Shown here piece by piece: positions 38,515 through 47,182 of a DNA stretch of 64,000 nucleotides. This stretch comes from a virus (lineage: Duplodnaviria; Caudoviricetes). Within the stretch, counting starts at the first letter, position 1, and every line of letters starts with the position of its first letter. Below the pieces are notes generated by a model. It ran no database searches, was not told the origin of the DNA, and saw only the letters and a list, made by a program, of their open reading frames with translations. The DNA lies in the IMG/VR virus record IMGVR_UViG_3300048606_000075, positions 1 to 64,000 of that record. One strand, 5' to 3'. Position numbers and translations under genes: made by a program.

Positions 38515-38912
38515 GACTCCCCAGCCGAGAGCGCACCCGAAGCAATGCTGGGCGCGACCTCTATGCATTGACCTTCAAGATGATGAAGATGACGCATGTT
38601 TTGCGCACGATCAGGGGCCGTCCGTACCTGCCAGGTGCCGATGATGGGCCCAGAGACGCACTCCAAGTGATCCCCCGGCTGCAGTCGCGTGCCGGGGGCA
38701 ACCCAATAGACCGCGACCCGATCCGGAGCGCGGCCAGCTTGGATCGGCATGGGCATGTCTTTGCCAGGACGATAGAAGTTGACCTCGATGCGGCAGTTGA
38801 GCCGGGTCAGCCCCGCCACCTCTACCCAGGTCGACTCCAAGACGCCGTCCACCATCACCGCGCGTGGCCGCAGCACACGCACGAGACTCGGAAGTAGCCA
38901 GGTGGAAATCAT
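38511..38912 (-). CDS. head-to-tail stopper
   Basis: Position; PGTRLQPGDHL..WQV..HHLE pattern. Confidence 0.65.
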   Translation of the reverse strand: MISTWLLPSLVRVLRPRAVMVDGVLESTWVEVAGLTRLNCRIEVNFYRPGKDMPMPIQAGRAPDRVAVYWVAPGTRLQPGDHLECVSGPIIGTWQVRTAPDRAQNMRHLHHLEGQCIEVAPSIASGALSAGES

Positions 38913-39439
38913 TAGTCAGGCTGCTCGCTCACACCCAGGTAGCGCTTCGGGCCTTGCGTGAAGTGCTCGGTGTCCGCCGGCCCGATCAGGATGTAGTCTT
39001 GACCGATCTTGCGCACATCGCCGGAACGATCGAAGGCAGCAATCGAGGTGCTCGAAATGCTCTGGCTGGCATCGCTGGAATTCCACGCCAGCCGCTCCAC
39101 GGCCAGGTCAAACCACGAGATCCCGGTGGGGATGCCCTGCAACACGCTGCCCTCAACGAGGGTGTACGTATACGAACCGATTGTCTCAGACTTGAATGGA
39201 GACGTTCGAAGATCCCGATAATTGTTACCCTCGAACAGCGCTTCCGCCATAGACAAAATGCCACGGACAGCGAGTCTGCCGTCTAAAGTATTGCGGTCAG
39301 GCAGGGTGGGAATCCGGGTTGCGATCTCAAACAAGTCACCAGCTTGAGCGAGAGCCTCCATGACATAGTTATTGTCATAGTGCTCGATGTCCTTACCAGT
39401 AAACTGACTTAGATCAACTTCTGTCAACCCGGAGTCCAC
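38912..39439 (-). CDS. head-to-tail adaptor
   Basis: SETIGSYTYT motif; position. Confidence 0.7.
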   Translation of the reverse strand: MDSGLTEVDLSQFTGKDIEHYDNNYVMEALAQAGDLFEIATRIPTLPDRNTLDGRLAVRGILSMAEALFEGNNYRDLRTSPFKSETIGSYTYTLVEGSVLQGIPTGISWFDLAVERLAWNSSDASQSISSTSIAAFDRSGDVRKIGQDYILIGPADTEHFTQGPKRYLGVSEQPD

Positions 39440-39452
39440 CGCAGCCTCCCGA

Positions 39453-40169
39453 CTACCTATTTTCTAACGAAGTGGATGTCAGCCTGGTAATAGTCGGGGC
39501 AGCACGGCCACGACTGCGCTCAGCGGCTGCAGCGGAGTCGTTGTCCCATTCCGATCCAGGCCACGGCCCGAGCCCGAACATGATCCGCTTGTAGCGTCGG
39601 AGCTGCTCCGACTCCGTGAGCAGCACCCAGGAGTTACCCTTGATATCCTTGGTGTCTTCCCAGGCGGGGTCACCTACGACGAACTCCAACTCCTGGCCGC
39701 GATACCACACCCGACCGTTGGCGGTGAAGCCGTCTTCACGGATGTGGATGAGCACGATCTGCCCATCTTTCAAATCCTGGGACACCGGGGCAGCAGCCCA
39801 GGTCGACGGATCCAACTGCTTGCCGGTCACCCGCGAGCGCGCCTCGGCCAGCTCCTGCTCCAGCCGACGCACCAGCTCGGTGTCAGCGGTTGTCACAGCT
39901 CTAGACGTAGGAGGTTCAGGAGCGCTAGGAGCGTTAGTAATCACGTTCTCGGGTGATGCGGGGGGAGCGGGCTTCGAAGCCGCCACAGGAGCGGCTGGGG
40001 GGCCATCCGGCACCGGCTCAGGGTCTGGCGGCACGATGTAATCCGCCAGATCATCGTCGGGCTCGGTGGACGCGATCACGTCCGGCGCATCCTCTGGAGT
40101 CACCTGCCCCTTGGCACGGGCAGTGGTGCCGCGCCCGGGTGGTGGTCCGAACTTTGGTTCGTTGGGCAT
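39453..40169 (-). CDS. hypothetical protein with Pro-rich N-terminus
   Basis: 238-aa co-oriented ORF between holin and adaptor; AGGAG SD. Confidence 0.7.
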   Translation of the reverse strand: MPNEPKFGPPPGRGTTARAKGQVTPEDAPDVIASTEPDDDLADYIVPPDPEPVPDGPPAAPVAASKPAPPASPENVITNAPSAPEPPTSRAVTTADTELVRRLEQELAEARSRVTGKQLDPSTWAAAPVSQDLKDGQIVLIHIREDGFTANGRVWYRGQELEFVVGDPAWEDTKDIKGNSWVLLTESEQLRRYKRIMFGLGPWPGSEWDNDSAAAAERSRGRAAPTITRLTSTSLENR

Positions 40170-40189
40170 TTATATGCTCCTGGTCGATG

Positions 40190-40546
40190 CTAGTAGTTGC
40201 CGACTGCGGTGTCGTCATGCGACACCGTCTGACCGATGTTGGGCACGGCCCACACACCCAGCGCGCCGGCCGCCGCGATCAGCATCTGGATCACTTCGAC
40301 CGTCTGGATGCCGCCGGTGATGGCTGACGCCAGCACGGTCAAGATTGCCGCCAGAGCGGACAGCACCAGCTTGGTGACCGGGGCACCCGGGATGTTGGGG
40401 CCGTAGAACACGGCAGCCGCACCCACGCCGACGATCGCCACGTTGACCCACTCAATGGAGTCAACGATGTTGTCACCGGCCAGTGCCGCTACGACAGCAA
40501 CAGCGATGGTGACCAACACCTGCATGAGGAGCTTGGCGTACTTCAT
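40190..40546 (-). CDS. putative holin (4 TM, internal duplication ending PN)
   Basis: Two similar hydrophobic halves ending FYGPN and WAVPN; GGAGGA SD before ATG 40546. Confidence 0.7.
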   Translation of the reverse strand: MKYAKLLMQVLVTIAVAVVAALAGDNIVDSIEWVNVAIVGVGAAAVFYGPNIPGAPVTKLVLSALAAILTVLASAITGGIQTVEVIQMLIAAAGALGVWAVPNIGQTVSHDDTAVGNY

Positions 40547-40632
40547 GACTTGTCCTCCTTCGAGCACGGAGAATCCGAGCCTCATGGAGGACTTCGACCT
40601 AGTGATCCGCGAGTCGAAGTCTCGTCATAACG

Positions 40633-40809
40633 CTAAACTCCACCCCTGACCAGATGCACCACACACAAGATCAAGAGGACGGCGGCGGCGATCCAACAGA
40701 TGATCGCCACAATCGAGCTGATCGGATATGGGAATAGTGGTGCGAGCAGGAAGGCGATCAGCAGACACACCACACCGCCGATGAGGCAACCAACCCAGTT
40801 CGTTCTCAT
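40633..40809 (-). CDS. small 2-TM membrane protein (58 aa), below ORF track cut-off
   Basis: Read by hand: MRTNWVGCLIGGVVCLLIAFLLAPLFPYPISSIVAIICWIAAAVLLILCVVHLVRGGV. Confidence 0.65.
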   Translation of the reverse strand: MRTNWVGCLIGGVVCLLIAFLLAPLFPYPISSIVAIICWIAAAVLLILCVVHLVRGGV

Positions 40810-40816
40810 GCATTAG

Positions 40817-40824
40817 TCTTCGGC
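40817..40824 (-). promoter_or_regulatory. candidate sigma28-like -10 element GCCGAAGA
   Basis: Just downstream of a terminator and 7 nt before an SD-less ATG (40809). Confidence 0.4.
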
Positions 40825-40833
40825 TTTTCAGAC

Positions 40834-40860
40834 AAAAGGACCGGACATGGTGTCCGGTCC
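40834..40860 (-). terminator. rho-independent terminator
   Basis: Perfect 10-bp stem GGACCGGACA/TGTCCGGTCC, 3-nt loop, TTTT on minus strand, just after stop at 40865. Confidence 0.85.
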
Positions 40861-40864
40861 TCTG

Positions 40865-41116
40865 TCATTCAGGAAGTTCCCCAGTTGACTTCCAATGTTC
40901 TAATTCTCTCTTCGTCCACCCCAGATACCAGTGTAATGGCTCACGGGAAAACTGAGATTGTCCACTCCACGCAAGGATTAAATTATGTACTTCTTCTAGA
41001 TTGAGAATCCTACGAGGTTCTCCGCCTGCATGAAGATGAAACTCGTTCCAACGTGCCGCCGCTGCCTCTGGGTCTTCCGTACTCAACAAATGCAGTAGTT
41101 GTATGGCCGTCCGCAA
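40865..41116 (-). CDS. hypothetical protein
   Basis: 83-aa ORF ending at a terminator; TTG start uncertain. Confidence 0.5.
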   Translation of the reverse strand: MRTAIQLLHLLSTEDPEAAAARWNEFHLHAGGEPRRILNLEEVHNLILAWSGQSQFSREPLHWYLGWTKRELEHWKSTGELPE

Positions 41117-41234
41117 TGCGTGCAGCTATCACGGCCTAGCCACTTGAGAAACTTTCGCACTTCATCTCCCCTCAGCATCAGGGCTGAAGTTCTACCCCTT
41201 ACACCACAGGAAACGTACGAACTTGTATAACAAA

Positions 41235-41597
41235 TCAGCCTGGAGGACCCGGCGGACCAGCGGGGCCCCGGTTAGCGATCAACAGCAGGTGCACACAGTC
41301 GATCAACTGAACCGCGTCATCATCCAGCAGTACAGGAGATTCTTCGTCGTCATCGTCGTAGTAACCCAGTCGCCGCTCGGCCATCTCCCGGTGCAGGTCC
41401 CACAGCAGCCCGCAGACACTACACACCACGGACGCGACGGGGCACGGCTCGTCTTCTTCGATCACTGGTGTTACCTCAATGATTTCCGTGACAGTATCTA
41501 CGGGGCCATCCGCATCGGGGACATATGACGGCGGATCTTCCGAGTCCGATCGCACACAGCCCAACCTTCGCACCCAGCCGCACGGCGAGAAACGCAT
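41235..41597 (-). CDS. hypothetical acidic protein with CxxC and collagen-like GPAGPPGPPG end
   Basis: ORF translation. Confidence 0.55.
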   Translation of the reverse strand: MRFSPCGWVRRLGCVRSDSEDPPSYVPDADGPVDTVTEIIEVTPVIEEDEPCPVASVVCSVCGLLWDLHREMAERRLGYYDDDDEESPVLLDDDAVQLIDCVHLLLIANRGPAGPPGPPG

Positions 41598-41603
41598 GCA
41601 TAG

Positions 41604-41891
41604 CTACTCGACACCTTCAGTGATCAAAACCTGCGCCACCGCTTGTAGCGCGGCTGACTGGCACCGAGCGAACACCTCATCGGAAAGAAACCGATTCCCC
41701 ACGGCCAGCACCATCGCTCGGTCCCCCTCATTGTGGTGGTGCTCGGCCAGCGCCTTCTCCACGGTGCGCGCGACCGGCTCGGCCCAGCGTGGATGGGAGT
41801 CCAGGTCAGTGGCGTACAGCCGCGTGCTCTCCGGGCCGGTGTCCGGGTTGGACCAGCCCAACACGGCGGGGATCAGCGTCAAGATACTCAC
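41604..41891 (-). CDS. hypothetical protein
   Basis: 95-aa co-oriented ORF. Confidence 0.6.
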   Translation of the reverse strand: MSILTLIPAVLGWSNPDTGPESTRLYATDLDSHPRWAEPVARTVEKALAEHHHNEGDRAMVLAVGNRFLSDEVFARCQSAALQAVAQVLITEGVE

Positions 41892-41893
41892 TG

Positions 41894-42106
41894 TTAACCA
41901 TTTTCTGGATTGGTATGAATACTATTCACTTTGGAGAAATTAATGTTAACAAACTCTCCAGAAGGAATATCTGTCACTTCAAAGTAAGCGGAGAAGCTGT
42001 CTCCATCCAAGAATTCCTTGAATGCAATACTAACTAAGATAGCTGTATCGTCCTCAACAACTACCTTAAGCTCATACATGTCAAAACGAAATGCAACACG
42101 CTTCAC
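41894..42106 (-). CDS. hypothetical protein (AT-rich)
   Basis: 70-aa ORF with GTGA overlap to upstream gene. Confidence 0.6.
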   Translation of the reverse strand: MKRVAFRFDMYELKVVVEDDTAILVSIAFKEFLDGDSFSAYFEVTDIPSGEFVNINFSKVNSIHTNPENG

Positions 42107-42330
42107 TTAGAGAACCTCTCCAGATAGTCCACGAACAGCTGAGGGTCCCCCGCCAGCTCGATAGCGATCACCGCGCACAGACACGGCAGGCACAGCAGGG
42201 CTCGCTTCTGATCCGGGACCAGCGCGGACACCCTCCGGTCGCCTCGCTCGAAGTACTCCGGCTCTCCACAAGCCGCACAGACCCCGCCCTGCTTCTCGAA
42301 CAGCTTGCGATAACGCTTGGTAGAGATCAC
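42103..42330 (-). CDS. degenerate endonuclease VII-like zinc-binding protein
   Basis: YRKLFEKQGGVCAACG..RALLCLPC..YL; VDH replaced by VPD. Confidence 0.6.
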   Translation of the reverse strand: MISTKRYRKLFEKQGGVCAACGEPEYFERGDRRVSALVPDQKRALLCLPCLCAVIAIELAGDPQLFVDYLERFSK

Positions 42331-42363
42331 CGGCTAAACCTCCTGGTTTAGCCTTCGCTCCGG

Positions 42364-42585
42364 TCACATCAAAGACACAGGAGACTTAGGCGACCCGACC
42401 ACCACATAGACCCAACCACCAGCTATGTCGAACGGGTAGTGCTCGATCGTCCGGACCGTCGCCCGCTCCCCACCCGGGAGAACAATTAGCTCGCCCTCAC
42501 GCGGCAAACAGTCCAAGAGCACGACCAGACTGGAATCTCGGTACTTCACCGCGTGCTCGCCCACAACGGAGAACTGAACCCTCAT
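42364..42585 (-). CDS. hypothetical protein
   Basis: Frame of ORF 42364..42705; start moved to ATG 42585. Confidence 0.55.
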   Translation of the reverse strand: MRVQFSVVGEHAVKYRDSSLVVLLDCLPREGELIVLPGGERATVRTIEHYPFDIAGGWVYVVVGSPKSPVSLM

Positions 42586-42659
42586 GACCCGGACAACCCT
42601 AACCAGAGAACGACGACAGCACCGAGAATCACCAAGAACCAGCCAATTCCGTTCATGAC

Positions 42660-42854
42660 TCAGCCTCCCCACTTCGCGGGCAGAAACCCGCCTCGACCGA
42701 CCCACTCGTTCAGCGCATCGGCATGCTCGGTGAGCACCCGACCAGCGTTGGCCAGCGCTTCCAGGGTGTCCGGGTTCGCCAACGAATCTCGACGAAGCTC
42801 GTCTATTTCTGCCAAGCTACGTTCGATCTGGAGCAACGCCTCATCCGGGTCCAT
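42660..42854 (-). CDS. small MDP...W..GGFLP family protein, copy 1
   Basis: 64 aa; paralog of next gene; motif start. Confidence 0.7.
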   Translation of the reverse strand: MDPDEALLQIERSLAEIDELRRDSLANPDTLEALANAGRVLTEHADALNEWVGRGGFLPAKWGG

Positions 42855-42869
42855 ACAGTCGTTCTACCC

Positions 42870-43079
42870 TCAGTAGCGGCTTGCCCCGCTGTCCAACTGC
42901 GCGGGACGCACCCCGCCGGCCGCGAGCCACTCGCTCAGGTCGCTGCCCAGCTCATAGACCCGCTGCCCAGCGAGGGCCACGGCGGCAATCGCCTCCGAGT
43001 TGGCCCACATGTTCGCGCGCAGCTCGTCCAGCTCCACTAACGCAGCCATCAACAAGCGGTACGTCTCTTCAGGATCCAT
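42870..43079 (-). CDS. small MDP...W..GG.RP family protein, copy 2
   Basis: 69 aa; motif start. Confidence 0.7.
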   Translation of the reverse strand: MDPEETYRLLMAALVELDELRANMWANSEAIAAVALAGQRVYELGSDLSEWLAAGGVRPAQLDSGASRY

Positions 43080-43088
43080 GTGCCTGTC

Positions 43089-43301
43089 CTACCGTTGCTC
43101 TTCTTCATACGCGCGGGCTTCCGCTTCGTAGGCCGCCTCGACGGTTTCGGGCGTACAGCCCTGCTCACACGGCCACGGATCGGCCGGGACCACACCCGGG
43201 TAGGGGCTGAAATCATCGGTGTCTATCACATAGATGTGATGGCCGTGTGGGCACCAAACTCCGTAGATGAACGCCGGTACGCCCTTGATCAGCTCTTCCA
43301 T
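43089..43301 (-). CDS. hypothetical protein
   Basis: Frame of ORF 43089..43385; start moved to MEELIKG. Confidence 0.55.
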   Translation of the reverse strand: MEELIKGVPAFIYGVWCPHGHHIYVIDTDDFSPYPGVVPADPWPCEQGCTPETVEAAYEAEARAYEEEQR

Positions 43302-43478
43302 GTCACGATTCATTCCCCGCGTTGGATAGCACAACAAGCCCCAACTCATGCGCCCGCGCCAAGATATACCAGTGAACAGTTGCACAGTGAAGACAGATGA
43401 ACGGATATCTCGGAGTGGCAGTCAGCTGACGCAACCAACCTTTGTCTTCGACAAGGGGACGGAAGAGATGCTCACAAT

Positions 43479-43682
43479 TCATCGTAAGTAATACTCCAAG
43501 ATTTTCTTACTTGCCAAGTCTATACGCTGAGCAGCACACCGAAGCTCCGTGATTCGCTGGGCCACTGTGTAATGCCGAGACCCCTCAGCACGAGGGATGT
43601 CTTGCATGCTCTCTGTAATCTCATCAAAAGCACGATCAACGTCATAAATGAATCGTTGATACGCTTCTTCAAAAGTCGCCAC
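43479..43682 (-). CDS. hypothetical helical protein
   Basis: 67 aa; GGTAGTAC-N6-GTG. Confidence 0.65.
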   Translation of the reverse strand: MATFEEAYQRFIYDVDRAFDEITESMQDIPRAEGSRHYTVAQRITELRCAAQRIDLASKKILEYYLR

Positions 43683-43691
43683 AATCGAGTA

Positions 43692-43796
43692 CTACCGCCA
43701 ATGATAGAGCGCCAACCCGAGCAGCAACGCGACCATGAGGACGAACCAGAACTGCCCCGCGCTGGTGATGCACTGCCCCAACACCACACATGTCAC
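43692..43796 (-). CDS. 34-aa single-TM peptide, below ORF track cut-off
   Basis: GGTAGAAC-N6-GTG start; MTCVVLGQCITSAGQFWFVLMVALLLGLALYHWR. Confidence 0.55.
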   Translation of the reverse strand: MTCVVLGQCITSAGQFWFVLMVALLLGLALYHWR

Positions 43797-43826
43797 GGAC
43801 ACGTTCTACCCGGATAGCTCAGCCCC

Positions 43827-43915
43827 GGACCGGGGTGGGACTCGAACCCACATCCTATGCCGCGCGGTCCGGGACCTAGGCGCGGTGGCTTGGCCTTCGC
43901 TTCTACGCCCTGGCC
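43827..43915 (-). tRNA. tRNA-like element, probably degenerate (possible Leu-TAG, long variable arm)
   Basis: Perfect T arm GTGGG-TTCGAGT-CCCAC, D-loop-like GAAGGCCAA, anticodon arm CCGCG-CCTAGGT-CCCGG (one mismatch), imperfect acceptor stem, no CCA. Confidence 0.45.
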
Positions 43916-44012
43916 GGTCGGTGCACTACGACCAGCTGTGCCGGCAAGCTTACAGACAACCGCCCTCCGCTGGATCTATCAACGAAGGGCGGCGTAGCGC
44001 AAGATGAAACGG

Positions 44013-44020
44013 TATTCGGC
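44013..44020 (-). promoter_or_regulatory. candidate sigma28-like -10 element GCCGAATA
   Basis: Intergenic, about 100 nt upstream of the tRNA-like element; GCCGAATACC identical to the copy before the protease gene. Confidence 0.35.
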
Positions 44021-44049
44021 ACAGCTTGTAATGTCTAAATACTACCCGC

Positions 44050-44397
44050 TCAGTACTCAAACGTGTCCGGGGAGAAGCGCTGCGGGGGAGCATCTTCCAC
44101 CTTCAGCTCGGGATCCACAAACTCCCGGACCCGCGCCCGGCGATTCCGGCACCGCTCGGCGGTGTGCTCGTCGGGTGGATAGCAGCCGAACGAACACGGT
44201 CGCATCTCCAACGGCAACCCAGAGATGCCCTCGGTGCGCAGCTTCGCCCCGCAGTTCTCGCACTTGTCATCTTCATCCCGACACCCGGTGCAGAGCCTCC
44301 AGCGCGACGGAGACTTCTCCGCTTCACGGACTGCTCTGTCATAAGAAAACTCTGGATGACCGGGGTTGTAGAACATATCAAAATCGGTAGTAGGCAT
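44050..44397 (-). CDS. Cys-rich hypothetical protein
   Basis: Frame of ORF 44050..44469; GGTAGAAC-N5-ATG 44397; CxxC pairs. Confidence 0.65.
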   Translation of the reverse strand: MPTTDFDMFYNPGHPEFSYDRAVREAEKSPSRWRLCTGCRDEDDKCENCGAKLRTEGISGLPLEMRPCSFGCYPPDEHTAERCRNRRARVREFVDPELKVEDAPPQRFSPDTFEY

Positions 44398-44405
44398 ATA
44401 CGGTT

Positions 44406-44630
44406 CTACCCTTTGTCGGGCTCGAATGCCGCGTCGATTGCGTCGTAGAGCTTGCGCTTCAACTCCCAACGCAGCTGATCCCGGGCCACCGCATCGGTGT
44501 AGTCGGCCACCCTCGGGGTCACCGAGACCACCCCGGACACCATGCGCAGCGCGGTCGTGATGGCGTCGATGTCATCGATACGGCGGTCCTTGTCCAGGAC
44601 AACCAGGAAAGAGTTCACACGTTCAGTCAT
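44406..44630 (-). CDS. hypothetical protein
   Basis: 74 aa; motif start. Confidence 0.7.
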   Translation of the reverse strand: MTERVNSFLVVLDKDRRIDDIDAITTALRMVSGVVSVTPRVADYTDAVARDQLRWELKRKLYDAIDAAFEPDKG

Positions 44631-44896
44631 AGCCGTGTCCTACCGTCACGGCGGGGGCGACCAAACCGATTCTCGAAGTCCTGGACCATGTCCTCCACGA
44701 CCATGCGCTGCTCAGGTGTGATGTGAGTGAGAACCACACCCTCACGGTGATACACGGCGTGCGCAGCCTTCCGCTCGGACAGACCCCACGACTCACAATG
44801 ATTGAAGTTAAACGTCAGCGTGATCTCGCCGCGCGCTTCAGCCTGCTCCTTGGTGTCCCAGGTGAAGGTTCCGTGCGATGTAACTAAGCTAGGCAT
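44627..44896 (-). CDS. hypothetical protein
   Basis: 89 aa; GGAGG SD; ATGA overlap. Confidence 0.65.
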   Translation of the reverse strand: MPSLVTSHGTFTWDTKEQAEARGEITLTFNFNHCESWGLSERKAAHAVYHREGVVLTHITPEQRMVVEDMVQDFENRFGRPRRDGRTRL

Positions 44897-44897
44897 G

Positions 44898-45089
44898 TCA
44901 CCCTCCGTCGCGTGGCATCAGCACGCCATCCAGCCGGGTCGCCCAATCCAGCTCCACCGGCACATCGGTAGGCATATGAAACTGGATATACTGATCGAAG
45001 TCACCGGAATCCTGCCACACCTGCACACCATCGTGCAGCACGGCGCAGCCATCGGTCTCATCGTCCCAGGTCACAAAGGTAATCTTCAT
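44898..45089 (-). CDS. hypothetical protein
   Basis: 63 aa; variant motif CATAGGAC-N6-ATG. Confidence 0.65.
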   Translation of the reverse strand: MKITFVTWDDETDGCAVLHDGVQVWQDSGDFDQYIQFHMPTDVPVELDWATRLDGVLMPRDGG

Positions 45090-45412
45090 GCCCGTGTCCT
45101 ATGCGATCGGAAAATCCTGCGCCCACCTGAACCAAGACCTGGCCACTCCTGCGCAGCCTTAGCTGCTTTACGGTGCGGCGTGTTACGTACAGAGTCCGGA
45201 GCCAACCAAAAACAGGCGCCGCCATATTTCCGTATATCACATTTAATATGAAGACTGCGACCAGTGAGTGCCCAGTACAAGGCACGCTCAAAGGTCGAAA
45301 AAGCTAGCCCTATTTCAGTATCTGAATGATAAACTAACCAAGGACGATCGTCAGCCGCAGGAGTATCAAAGCCAGGATCGCCATGACGAATCTTCCGTAT
45401 GATGCATCTCAT
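45086..45412 (-). CDS. hypothetical protein
   Basis: 108 aa; motif start. Confidence 0.6.
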   Translation of the reverse strand: MRCIIRKIRHGDPGFDTPAADDRPWLVYHSDTEIGLAFSTFERALYWALTGRSLHIKCDIRKYGGACFWLAPDSVRNTPHRKAAKAAQEWPGLGSGGRRIFRSHRTRA

Positions 45413-45421
45413 GTCATTGTC

Positions 45422-45649
45422 CTACCCAAACAGCTTCTTGAACAGCACCTCGGTGTGGTTCTTCGCCGCTGCCAGCGTCTCCCGGCGGGCCTGGGCGCCA
45501 CCACCCCATCCATCGGTGACCACCGCCAGGAACGGGTACGGACCACCATCAGGATCCTGGCGCACCGACAAGGTGGCCGGGAACATTCCACCGTGGTCAC
45601 GCTCCTCTGACCACACCGGCTCGATGCGCCGTAGATTCTCGTTGTTCAT
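45422..45649 (-). CDS. hypothetical protein
   Basis: 75 aa; motif start. Confidence 0.65.
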   Translation of the reverse strand: MNNENLRRIEPVWSEERDHGGMFPATLSVRQDPDGGPYPFLAVVTDGWGGGAQARRETLAAAKNHTEVLFKKLFG

Positions 45650-45658
45650 GTCAATGTC

Positions 45659-46084
45659 CTACCGTTGATACCCAGCCCAGTCACGAACCTGGTCCGGATC
45701 GAGCGCCATCAGCAGAGAAAGCTCTTCCGGCTCTGCAGAGATGAAGTCCAACGCGCACGCCTGGCACAGCTTCGTTGCGTAAGCCCTGCTCAGAAAATCA
45801 GCGGGCCGTCCACACTCAAAACACTCACCGTGATGGTACGAACCTATTTTCTCCGCAGAGTTAGGCACAGATCGAAACATTGCATAGAGAATATTGTTTC
45901 GGATGACAACGTTAAACGCGCCAAGCGGAGCCCAACGGCCCCGGGCTTCCCAGATCTCCCGGGCGGTCTCCAGCACCTCACGCGCGGGGATGTGCGGGAA
46001 TTCCGGGTACGGAGGTGGGTCATCGTTGAGCTGTGCCCACACATTGGGCTTCTTACGAAGCTGGTCAGCAAGATGATTACGCAT
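45659..46084 (-). CDS. hypothetical protein with CxxC...CxxC zinc ribbon
   Basis: 141 aa; ECFECGRPA..LCQAC; motif start. Confidence 0.7.
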   Translation of the reverse strand: MRNHLADQLRKKPNVWAQLNDDPPPYPEFPHIPAREVLETAREIWEARGRWAPLGAFNVVIRNNILYAMFRSVPNSAEKIGSYHHGECFECGRPADFLSRAYATKLCQACALDFISAEPEELSLLMALDPDQVRDWAGYQR

Positions 46085-46093
46085 GTTCCGATC

Positions 46094-46327
46094 CTACCCG
46101 GGGCCGTAGAGACCATCACGGAAGTCGAGGTGCCGCTCCTTCCACGCCTTCTTCAGCAGCTCCCAGGACACCGCCGAACGATCCCGGAACGGCGCCGACT
46201 CCCACGCCTCCATGATCTCTGGATAGAGCCGGTGATATTCCGTCCAGTCTTCACACTGCGCGGCCCGATCAGCCTGATCGTTGAGGTCCGACCACTCCTG
46301 CAACCCAGGCGGAACTACATATCCCAT
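46094..46327 (-). CDS. hypothetical protein
   Basis: 77 aa; motif start. Confidence 0.65.
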   Translation of the reverse strand: MGYVVPPGLQEWSDLNDQADRAAQCEDWTEYHRLYPEIMEAWESAPFRDRSAVSWELLKKAWKERHLDFRDGLYGPG

Positions 46328-46344
46328 AAGGACGTACTACCGCC

Positions 46345-46557
46345 TCACGCGGCTCGTTCGTCTCTACGCTCACGCACGTCTCCTACCCGGGAGACCGCCT
46401 GCCAGACGTTCGAGCGGTCCCGGAAGATGATGAAATCCCCCAGCTGCAGGCAGCGATCGGTCACCCGCTCCGCGTCGGCGGGAACCAGCTGCCACCAGTC
46501 TCGGCCAGCCTTGTTGAATACGCGCACGTAGTAAGCGGCGCGATGGATGTCTGCCAT
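46345..46557 (-). CDS. hypothetical protein
   Basis: 70 aa; motif start. Confidence 0.65.
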   Translation of the reverse strand: MADIHRAAYYVRVFNKAGRDWWQLVPADAERVTDRCLQLGDFIIFRDRSNVWQAVSRVGDVRERRDERAA

Positions 46558-46558
46558 G

Positions 46559-47176
46559 TTAAGGTTCTACCCCTACGTCAGTCTCTGGCTTGTGCGTCTC
46601 ACACACCACCAGCGGACACCCTGAAGAAAACCAATGCTTCCCCTCAGGATGTCCATGGTAAGAAACGCAATGTGCAGTATGGCCATCAAATGGAACAGCA
46701 TAACAACGTGGACCAGGTTTATTCTGTGCATAGAACTCAGACTGCCAAACTGCAACTCTCTCTCTAGCTGCTATCATCTTCGGGCAACCATAACGATGCT
46801 TAAATCTTATAGCGTTGCCACAGCAATCAAATTTTGGCTCAGAATAGGCAACAACATCACGTGCTGGCAAAATGAGTTCTTCTTTATCAGAAATTAGAAA
46901 AAGAAGAGAAACCAATTCGCCATCGTAATCTGAACCAATACTAGTTACTTCACAAGTTCTACTACTAGTATTACCCTGAGCACGATCAACCCAACTAAGC
47001 GGGACAACAACCCGATCACCGACACGAAGCTGCCCGGGTCCGGGCCAAGTATAAGCATACCTACCTACACAAACAATTTGATGTCCTTTATCAGTAACTA
47101 AACGGAACTTAGGGTTCTTCTGCTGCAAAGCGGCTTCAAGAGCAGCCACGCGAGCTTCAAGGTCTGAAACATTCAT
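46559..47176 (-). CDS. hypothetical protein (SH3-like YTW..LRVGDRVVVP plus Cys/His-rich tail)
   Basis: 205 aa; motif start. Confidence 0.65.
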   Translation of the reverse strand: MNVSDLEARVAALEAALQQKNPKFRLVTDKGHQIVCVGRYAYTWPGPGQLRVGDRVVVPLSWVDRAQGNTSSRTCEVTSIGSDYDGELVSLLFLISDKEELILPARDVVAYSEPKFDCCGNAIRFKHRYGCPKMIAARERVAVWQSEFYAQNKPGPRCYAVPFDGHTAHCVSYHGHPEGKHWFSSGCPLVVCETHKPETDVGVEP

Positions 47177-47182
47177 GTCATG

